A stretch of 50,495 bases of DNA from Prasinococcaceae sp. CCMP 1430 (taxonomy: Eukaryota; Plantae; Prasinodermophyta): contig RQSC01000798.1 of the NCBI GenBank assembly GCA_013416795.1, forward strand, positions 1 through 50,495, written 5' to 3'. Position numbers and translations under genes: made by a program. Within the stretch, counting starts at the first letter, position 1, and each line of letters opens with the position of its first letter. Positions 20,651 to 29,378 of this stretch are shown one piece after another. The notes under the pieces are model-generated. The model did not search any database. It saw only the letters and a list, made by a program, of their open reading frames with translations, and had not been told where the DNA came from.

Positions 20651-21670
20651 ATGGCCCGACTCCGCCTCAGCGTCGCGCTCCTGATCGCCGTGGCGCACGC
20701 CGTGGTCAGCACCGGCGCGAGACTGCCAGATGCAGGGCACGAGGCAGATCACGCGCCAGGGATTCCTCGGCTCCAAAGACAGGCCGCTGCACCCGACTTC
20801 TTCACCTCACCGCCAACGCAGGAGGCCAAGGCAGCGGCAGAGCCCTGCGGCGAGGCGTGCGTCAGTGTCGCCAGAGCGTACGCTGCCAAAGGACTGTGCA
20901 GCCTTCCAGAGGCAGCAGGATGCCAGATGGTGTTCTTGCCACAGTCTGAGACGTTTCCTGCGGCCAAAACCGGCGTCATCTTCTATCCTGGCGCTCTCGT
21001 AGACCCGCGTGCCTACGCGCCGCTGGCAAGAGAACTCGCAGACGGCTACAGTCTGCCCACAGTTGTGCCGATCTTTGCTGAGGACCTGGCCAACGACTGC
21101 GACGGCTCCCGCGCTGAGCTCGCGGCGAGGGCGGTGCCGGAGGTCCGCTTTTGGGTCATGGCGGGGCATTCGCTTGGCGGGGAAGTGGCAGCCCAGGCGC
21201 TGCGGGCATGGCTGAGCTCTTCAAGAACGGATGCCAAGCGTAGCATCGGCGGCCTGGCGTTGCTGGGTTCATACCTTAACACCGAACCGAGCTGCGGCCG
21301 GCCTCCGCTGGATCTGTCTCGCACGCCGCTGTCCGCGGCCATCGTGGAGGCGACAAACGACCACATCGTGAACCGATCGCGTCTGGCCGCGGGTGCGCGC
21401 CTGCTGCCGCCGGCCGAGTACGTGTTCCAGATGAACGTGACGGGGGGGAATCACTCGCAGTTCGGCAGCTATGACCCATCAAATCGCCCTGGGCCGCTCG
21501 GGCCCGACGGCAACGCGACCATCCCGGAGGCCGTGCAGAGAGGCCTCTCCGCTGCGGCGATTGCCGACGTCGCGGCGCGGGGCTCGCATCAACAGCGCTT
21601 GGGCGGCGGTGCTGGCGGAGGCGTCGACTTGAAACGTATCGCGTCTCGAGCGACAGAGGCCTTTATATAG
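20651..21670 (+). CDS. Secreted alpha/beta hydrolase (Abhydrolase_5-like), intronless
   Basis: Signal peptide; GVIFYPGALVDPRAYAPLA, nucleophile GHSLGG, ATNDHIV, GGNHSQFGSY. Confidence 0.92.
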   Translation: MARLRLSVALLIAVAHAVVSTGARLPDAGHEADHAPGIPRLQRQAAAPDFFTSPPTQEAKAAAEPCGEACVSVARAYAAKGLCSLPEAAGCQMVFLPQSETFPAAKTGVIFYPGALVDPRAYAPLARELADGYSLPTVVPIFAEDLANDCDGSRAELAARAVPEVRFWVMAGHSLGGEVAAQALRAWLSSSRTDAKRSIGGLALLGSYLNTEPSCGRPPLDLSRTPLSAAIVEATNDHIVNRSRLAAGARLLPPAEYVFQMNVTGGNHSQFGSYDPSNRPGPLGPDGNATIPEAVQRGLSAAAIADVAARGSHQQRLGGGAGGGVDLKRIASRATEAFI

Positions 21671-21769
21671 CGAGGCGTATAATGTAGTGTGTATATATTG
21701 TACGCTGTGATGGTCATCTCCTCGTCCGGCTGGCATGCCAGCGTACCTTGACAGACACTCAGGTTGAGC

Positions 21770-21853
21770 AGACAAGGCGTTTTCGTCGGAGCAGCACGAG
21801 GGGCTCATACACGAACCGCTTTCTCGCGCGCCCGTCATCGGCTGCCAATCCAG
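21770..21853 (-). promoter_or_regulatory. Type II SECIS element in the 3' UTR of the selenoprotein
   Basis: Minus strand reads AUGAC-GGGC-GCGCGAG-AAA-GC-GGUUCGU-gu-AUGAGCC-c-CUCGUGC-u-GCUC-CGAC. This gives a UGAC/CGAC quartet, an 11-bp helix II with one bulge, an apical AAA and a mini-stem. Confidence 0.88.
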
Positions 21854-21965
21854 CCAGACCAGGAGACTACATGAGTGTGTTGTTGGGACGGCTGCCAATG
21901 CCGTTGACGTCCTCTTCTCCATTTCCTCGGGATCGCGGCGGGCGTCACTGGAACGGCCAGGCCCT

Positions 21966-22523
21966 CTAAATCACGTTCTCGCTCTTGATGTCGCGCCCCT
22001 CAGTTGCAGCCGCGAGGATGTCAGCGCTGATGGGCCTAAGCTTGACGCTGACCTGGTCGTCGTACTTTTTCCAGCTCCACCAAGTGCGAACGGCACCGTT
22101 CGTGTCGCACACCGCGACGGCGGGCTGCACCATTTCGTAGTCTACGTAGTCGCTGCCCTCGCGCATGGCGTTGAACTTGGTCGCATCGATCCACTCGATG
22201 ACGTAGATGGCGTCGCGCGGCGCCAGCGCGTCGACGGTGGCCAGTGCAGGATCGCTGAGGACGCCGAAGGGGAGCTCCGCGACGCCGCGCTCGGCCAGGC
22301 GTTCCTTCACCCGTGCGGCGCCGCCCGGCTCCGCCGTGACGGCGGTGAGCGGATATCCCGCAGCCTCGAAGCTCGAGGCCTCCTTGCCCAGCTCCACGAG
22401 CTGCGCGCGACAGCTGGGTCACCACGTGCCTCGCACATGCACGAGCGCGGCGCCCGCGCGCCCCACTTTCACGCCCGCAGCGCGCAGCGCCCCCACGTCG
22501 AATGCCGCCGAGAACGCAGCCAT
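21966..22523 (-). CDS. AhpC/TSA peroxiredoxin-like (thioredoxin-fold) selenoprotein, Sec encoded by TGA 22419-22421
   Basis: VHVRGTW-U-PSCRAQL corresponds to the family RGxWCPxC motif. ORFs 22419..22715 and 21966..22397 share one frame; VLSDP and MVQPAVAV follow; SECIS lies downstream. Confidence 0.92.
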
Positions 22524-22963
22524 GGATGCCGGTCGGATGGGATCCGCCCCCCCTCGCAGCTCCGAGCACCGCTCGCGCCACCGTCGGGAGCTCGCCGGCC
22601 GGGACTGTCGCTGCCAGTCGGGACGCGGCCCACAGTGCCACGCACGCGCGCGATATGGGACCTCGCGCCGCGCGGCGCCGCCGACTTTTTCCGCGCGAAG
22701 ATTCCGATCGCACACCGCACCGAGGTCCCACCGTGCGCAAGCGCAAGCAACCGGTCATGAACCCTACCACAAAACCCAAAATACCGCCATCACGACGGTA
22801 CGGGTTACGGTGCACCGTTGCACCGCACTGGAGAGCTTAAAAGGCAAGAAAAAAGGAAAATCAGATGCGTTTTGATGGCGGTCGCCGGCGTTTGGCGAGC
22901 GGAGGGGGCGCGGCGCTGCCACACCCCGCGCCCCCGGCGCGCGCCCGGGCGAGGGGCGCGGCC

Positions 22964-24361
22964 ATGGACGAAGGTGCGGCGCGGCGGGCGCGCGCGGCGC
23001 TCGCCGGCCCCTCGGTCCCGCGGGCTCATGGCTGGCTGCGCTGCCCCTCCCATCGGCGCGAGAAGGCGCGCGCGTTGCCCCTGACCAACCCCCTCCTCCT
23101 CCATGCCCATATCTCTCCCCCCGCGTGCGCGGCACGCGCCCCGCGATGCACCGCAGACTGCCCCAACTGCGGCGCCAACTCGTGGATTACCAACCAGGCC
23201 GCGGGCGACATCGTGTGCACCGCGTGCGGCTACGTGGGCGCCGCGCGGATCATCGACGAGACGGGCGAGTGGCGCGCCTACACCGACAAGGCTAACGCTG
23301 TCGATGGGAACCGCGTGGTGCGTGGGGCCGCGCGCGGGTGGACCGATGGGATGTGGGCGCGGGCCCGAGCCGGGGGTGCCGGGCTGTCTGCGCTCGCGTA
23401 GGGCGGCGTCGAGGAGCCCGCGCCGGCGCGCTGCGCAATGCGCGTGCCGCATGCAGCGCGTGCGCGCTCACCTCGCGCCGAGCACATCTGACTCCGACCG
23501 ACGCGCACTTGCCTCCAACCTCGCTCTCCCTTCCCCCGTCGCTCCATCCCCGCCTCCCTCCCTTGCTCGCACCCGCGCCTCCCCCAGGGTGGGCCCAGCA
23601 ACCCCCTGCTCGACAACGGCGGCCTGGCGGCGACGAGCATCGCCAAGTCGGATGGCCGCGCGGCGGGCTTTGCCAACCTCGAACGATATCACCAGCAAAA
23701 TAGCAGCATCAACCGCGCACTGCTCGAGGGCTTCAAGACGATCTCCGACATGGCCGAGCGCCTCTCCCTGGGGAAGCAGTTCATGGATCGCGCGCAGGAG
23801 GTGTTCAAAAAGACGCACGAGGGCAAGACGCTGAAGGGGCGCTCCAGCGAGGCCGCGTGCGCCGCCTGCCTGTACATCGCGTGTCGGCTCGAGCAAAGGC
23901 CGCGCACCTTCCAGGAGATCTGTGCGGTCACGCGCAACGCGGACAAGTTCGCGGTTGGGAAAGCTTACAAGGCCATATACAAGAAGCTTCAAAGCGACCT
24001 GGACGAGAGCGGCGCTGGTGCTGGCCCCGGCATGCAGAAGCAGGTGGGTTTGTTGAGTCCCAAGGACTACATCCGGCGCTTCTGCTCGCAGCTGCAATAC
24101 CCAAACGACGTGGTGCAGAGCTGCACGGCGGTCGCCGATGCCGTGCAGAAGCACGGCGTGAGCTCGAGCCGCAACCCGCACTCAGTGGCGGCGGCCATCA
24201 TCTTCTTCCTGGGGCAGATGTCATCGAGCCCTCGCAGCCTCGACGAAGTGAGCGCCGTGTCGGGCGTGGCGGGCGCCACCATCAAGCTGATCGCCAGTGA
24301 CGAGCTCGCGGCGGCGCAATCAAAGCTCGTCTCCGACGCCGTGCTCGCCAAGCTGAAGTAA
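22964..24361 (+). CDS. TFIIB: General transcription factor TFIIB; exons 22964-22973, 23157-23317, 23588-24361
   Basis: Zn ribbon CPNC...GDIVCTACG, IIDETGEWRAY, NRVGGPSNPLL; cyclin folds LKGRSSEAACAACLYIACRLEQRPRTFQEI and RNPHSVAAAII. Confidence 0.96.
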
Positions 24362-24548
24362 TTGCGCTTGCTAGTCGTGGAAATAGCAAATAACCCTACC
24401 CCAGATCGTAGACACACACCGCTTGCTGGGCGGGTTCGCGAGCTCGCGCTCGCTCGCGCGCTCGCGCTCGGTCGGGCGACCACACAGGCACGCAAACGAG
24501 GCAGAGATGGGGGGAGGGTGCAGTACAGTATTACGCCCGAGCGCACGG

Positions 24549-26321
24549 TCACATCTGGATGGGTCTGTCCGCGTCTATTCTGTACTTCCAGCGCTGCCAG
24601 AGGAAGATGAAGACTGCGCGCGCGCGCGCTTGTGAGCGTCAGGAACATGCGCGACGCCAGGTGCGCAGGGCACAAGCGAGCGTGGGCGGGTGGCAGGCGC
24701 GCGCACGCACATATGACGTCGTCCCTGAGGCACATGAGGCGGTGCATGGTGGGCATGGGGATGAGCAGCGCGTAGAGGTCGTCGATGAATGTGTTGAAGC
24801 TGGCGTGCGAGGGACGGATCCACCGTGCGGCGCAGCAACGACTGTCAGCACATCGCACCCCCAGGCGCGCACGCCAAGCAGCGCGCGCGAGCACTCGAGC
24901 CCAGACGCGCGCGCGCGACGCACAATTTGTACAGCATCGCCTCCCACGGCATGGCCGCCACGCTCTGCAGCTTGTGGTTTAGGAAGATCTGCGGCGTCAT
25001 GGCCACGAAGCCCGCCACGAACACACAGCGGTAGAGCGAGCCAATGAGCCAACTATACCAGCTGCGGTGGTAGCCGTACACCAGCGTGTAGCCGCTGTAG
25101 CACACCGCCAGCGGGTAGAGCATCGCGTTGAGCCACATGGCCGACTGGCCATCGTACTCGTCGAGTTTGACGAGCGTGTGACGATTGACCTCGCCGGCCC
25201 TGAGCGCGCGCGTTCACGAGCGCTCGTCAGCTAAGCACACGCCGCGTCGTCATCGCGCGCACGCGGCTCGGTGCCACCACCCGCCGTGGGCGCGCGCGCG
25301 CGCGCGCAGAGGGCTCGCGCGCGGCGAACGCACTTTAGCTCTTTGGGTTTGCGCACAACCTCGTCAGTCTTTTTGTCGGTGAAGGTCTCTTCCTCCTCCT
25401 CCTGCTCCTGCTGCTCCTCCTCCTTCACGCCCTCGTCCTCGCGCACCTCGTTGGCACCGTAGGGCTCCTCGTCCTTGAGCCTCAGCCCGCGCCAGCCCAG
25501 CGTCATGCCGCGCAGCGCGCGCACCACCTTCCACATCTCCACCGCCACGCCGATGGTCATGGGCACGGTGACCAGCAGCGAGGCTTTCTGCTCGAGGACG
25601 TAGAGGTACACCACCAGCTGGCAGAAGGCCACCATCAGCACGGAGCGCACCGACACGCCCGCCATCGAGCGGCGGTCCTTGCGCTCGCGCCACCACCGCA
25701 CGTCGGCCTGCACGGCCAGGAATTCGAAGAACATGTGGAGCACGGTCACCACCAGGCTCAGCGCGAGCATCTTGGGATTGGCCAGCACGAGCATCTCCTT
25801 CACGTCGTCCACGTCGTCGTCCCCGCCGCCCATGGCCTTCAGCTGCTCGCCCACCTGATGCTCCAGCAGGTTGTACAGCCGCCACCTGCCGAGCCCGATG
25901 GCGCCCACACTGACGCCGAGCGGCGCCGTGGGCGTGCTCTCGTTGAGGCACATAGCCAGCTGCGACTTGGTGACCCACGCGTCGTCGATGTGCAGCACGG
26001 GCAGCCACTCGCGGGCGCGCGTCCACACGGCGTAGTGGGCGATCTCCGGGATGAGCCCGTCCTCGGGGAACGCGTGCGGCTGCGCGACGAAGCGCACGCG
26101 CAGCTGGGGCACCCAGTAGTTGCGCGCGTGCTCGTCGCCCGGCGCGCTGAAGTTGGCCGCGTGCGGGGCGAGCTCGCCGGTGAGGAGGTTGCGCGGCGCG
26201 TCGGCGAGCGCCGGCACGGCGCGCGCGCGCGACAGCCGCGCGCGCCGGTACTGCCCGCCGAACTCCTTGGCAGCGCTCAGCGCGCTCGCGCGCCGGCGGT
26301 CGACGCCCAGCGCGGGCACAC
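24549..26321 (-). CDS. CLPTM1: CLPTM1-family membrane protein; introns 24614-24710, 24800-24923, 25200-25333; 5' end in gap
   Basis: LHMFFEFLA, MTPQIFLNHKLQSVAAMPW, YKFFNTFIDDL, MPTMHRLMCLRDDVIFFIFLWQRWKYRID. Confidence 0.95.
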
Positions 26322-27497
26322 NNNNNNNNNNNNNNNNNNNNNNNNNNNNNNNNNNNNNNNNNNNNNNNNNNNNNNNNNNNNNNNGTTATCGATAATGGAG
26401 CCGCCGCGGCACCGCCCGCGCGGCCTCTGCCGTCGCGGACACCCGCCGAGTGGCCTTGCCGCCGGGCGCCGCGGCCCCCTCCCGCGCGGCCTCTGGCGCG
26501 CCTCTCCCTCGCCCTCCGGTGGTGGTGGCGGGGTCAGGGGGGGGACTCCGCCGCAAGCGAGCTCGCGAGCCAACCCAAACCAAATCTCACCATTTAGGGT
26601 AATTACGACCACTTCCCTTTAGGGTCTATCTTTGCGCCGCGAGCGGCTCGCGGCGCGAACCCGAACCCAAAAGGGCTTTTGGGGTGACATCGCGGTCGCT
26701 TCGCAGGGTCTGTCTTTCCCTTCGATTTGATGGTAACGGTATCGCACGTCAAAACGCACCCGTTTCTTTTCGGGGGGGGCCGTGGGGGGGAAAAAACCGC
26801 CGGGCGCGCGTGGGGCGCACACGCCCGCCCGCGCGCGTGCGTTTCGATGGGGCGCGTCGCGCCTTCGTTTTGGCCTGCGATCGAGGCGCGTGCGCTTCGA
26901 TGCGGCGCCTCGCGCGCTGCATGCGTTTTGACCTGATATCGAATCGTATGCTTTTTGATCGTGATTGGGCGCATCGCGTGCGTTTTGTACTGCGATGGAA
27001 AACGGTTGCGTTTTGATGGCGGTCCGCGCGCGAACGCGCGCGTGGCGGGCATGCGCCGCGCGCGCGCCCGCGCGCGAATCCGCCGCGCTCCGAATTCCGA
27101 TGCGAAACGAAATTCCCATTATTGTATTCTTTTACGTAGAATGTAAGAAGATGTGGAAATGCAGAAGTGAGAGCGCGAAAGTGGGGACAATTAGGAAATT
27201 GCAATTCGCGAGGAATTGGGAAGTAGAACGCGAACGCGGCGGCGGGAGCGGCGCGCGGGCGCTGCGTGGCACACGGCGTGCGGGCGCTCGCGCGTGCCCC
27301 CCTTCCCTCCCTCTCTCCCTCCCTCCCTCCCTCCCTCCCTCCGCCCCCCGCCGCCGGCACGCACTCTGCCACAGCAGCCGCCGCTGCCGAGGTGGCAGAG
27401 GGTCGGACGTCGTCGATTGTGATCTCCCGTGGGTAATTCTGATCCATTTGAAAATGATACAATGATGTGCGAGTGGGCTTTACCATGTGACGCGGGC

Positions 27498-27953
27498 CTA
27501 TGCGGCGCGCGCGCCGCGGCGGCTGAGCAGCGCGTACGCCACGGCGGCGCCGCACGCCACGGCGGCGGCAAGGAGGCCCGCCTTGGCGCGCGGCGGCACG
27601 TGGCTCAGCGCCTGCCTCGCCGCGTCGGCGTAGAAGCCCGACTCCAGCTTGTAGCGCAGGCCCAGCCCATTCTACGCGGAAAAATGCATCTGGACGGAGA
27701 CTTTGCGCAGGTCGGCCGCTCGCTCGAGCGGGGGATCAAAGGGGATGAGCACCTTCTTCACGACGCTGCCGTCCTTCTTCACGACGTCGAGCTCGAAGCC
27801 CTTCGCGGTGCAGTCCGTCATCGTCGCGGACGCGGCGTCCGCCATGCCGGCGTAGTAGCGCGCGTACGCGAGCAGGCTGCCGGGGTGGTCGGCGTTCATG
27901 TGGCCGACCACGCGGCCGCGCATCTTCGCGACGCCCTCCTCGAGGCTCCCCAT
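27498..27953 (-). CDS. DUF2470 (HugZ/GluTR-binding-like) protein with C-terminal TM; interrupted by in-frame TAG at 27672-27674
   Basis: VVGHMNADHPGSLLAYARYY, LIPFDPPL; the frame continues past TAG with NGLGLRYKLESGFY...GLLAAAVACGAAVAYALL to a second TAG. Confidence 0.8.
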
Positions 27954-28144
27954 CCCCCCTCCCCCCTCCTGACCACGCTCGCTCTCTCCCACCCCCCCTT
28001 CGCCGACCGACCGCGCCGTCGACCGCGCGCGGCGTGCCGCGCCGCACCCCGCCCCGCGCGATCGCCGACGACGCCGCGCGGTCGCGGCCGGGGAGGAACA
28101 GGCGGACGAACGCGCCGCTCGTGCGGGTGCGAGCGGCGCGCCAG

Positions 28145-28390
28145 CCGGGCCTCACCGTGCTGCAGCGCGCGCTCCGCTACACCGAGGACAAGCGCGCGGC
28201 GGCCGCGCTCCACCAGGCCGTCGGGCTGTGGTACATGCGCGAGGGCGAGGCCAAGGCGGCCGCCGTGGCGCTGCGCCGCGCAGCGCGCGCCGACCCCGAC
28301 TGGTGCGGGCCCGTGCTGCGGTGGGAGCAGGTGGCGCGCATCCCAGTGGCGGGCGAGGCGCCGCGGGGCGGCGCGGCGCTCGGGCAGTAA
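28145..28390 (+). other. Orphan 3' coding fragment of a TPR-like protein
   Basis: VLQRALRYTEDKRAAAALHQAVGLWYMREGEAKAAAVALRRAARADPDW, GC3-rich codons, ends TAA TAA. No upstream exons are present. Confidence 0.55.
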
Positions 28391-28535
28391 TAAAAATCCG
28401 GGAACGTGTTAATACCGAGCCGCGCGGCACCCGACCCACCCCTCGCCCACGAGCGCGCGTGCCCTTCCCCCCTGCCGCCTCGCCAGCCTTCCTCGGCCCC
28501 GAGCTCGCCGCGCTGTCCGCACCTCACCCCCCACA

Positions 28536-28563
28536 ACACACACACACACACACACACACACAC
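28536..28563. repeat. (CA)n microsatellite
   Basis: Direct reading. Confidence 0.95.
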
Positions 28564-29378
28564 GCCGCCGCGCAGCGCTGCGCGCACGGCGTGGCGGGCT
28601 CCCCCAAACAGACACGGGCGGTCTCGTCGCGCGCGTTCGAACCGCGGCGCCGCCGAGCATCGCTCCCATCAAAAGGCGTTGAAAAAAAACGGCAGCGTTG
28701 CACGCGCGGACGCCCGCCGAAATTCCGACGGCGCTCTCCACAGGCGTTGAGAATTAACGTCTGGGGGCCGGGGGCATTCAAATGTGAAACCTATCTCCAA
28801 AACCCGAATCATAACCCTAATCACGTCGGAACGCACGCGGAGCGCGCGCGGGTTCGGCGGCGGAGGTCAGACCGAACGTCGGTCCGTGGTACTCCTTGTT
28901 GTTGCGGAAATCTCAAACCCTATTTAGCATATACAGTACACTGTACGTCAAATCACATTCAGAAGAGGGTCAAAAAGTCCCAACCCTATATGTTTGGGTT
29001 TGGGCGGATGCAAGTTGACCTCAGAGCTGCTGCGAGCAAAAAACGGAAGTGTGACGTAATCAAGTGTATAAATGTGGCTTTGGGTATTTAATTTGACCTG
29101 AGAAAATGCGGTGAGTTGCAGCAAAAAGGGGGTTGACGGACGGGTGCGGCAGACGCGCGTTTCGAAACGGGGTCGGGCGCGGGCGGGCGCGCGCAGGCGG
29201 GCATGCGCAGAGGCAGGCACGCGCTCTGCCTCCCTCAGCGCGGTCAATCCGATGCGCCTCCCCCACCCACCCACACACTCACCCACCCACCCGCACACAC
29301 GCACACCTGCGCGGGCCACTCGCCGCGCGCGCGCGCGCGGCGCGCGCGCGGCGCGGTGCGAGATGCGCGAGGCGCGAN

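Noticed and set aside
21839-21899. 11-bp direct repeat CGGCTGCCAAT in the selenoprotein 3' UTR as a TSD or second SECIS
   Set aside because: Only 50 bp apart with no element features, and the second copy has no SECIS core.
27415-27492. C/D-box snoRNA-like words (GTGATC...CTGA, ATGATGT)
   Set aside because: Box C is imperfect, there is no terminal stem and no recognisable rRNA guide.
4535-27674. Genome-wide TAG reassignment
   Set aside because: TAG terminates several genes at plausible C-termini (4537, 5608, 8915, 21670, 21966), so the internal TAG in DUF2470 is local.
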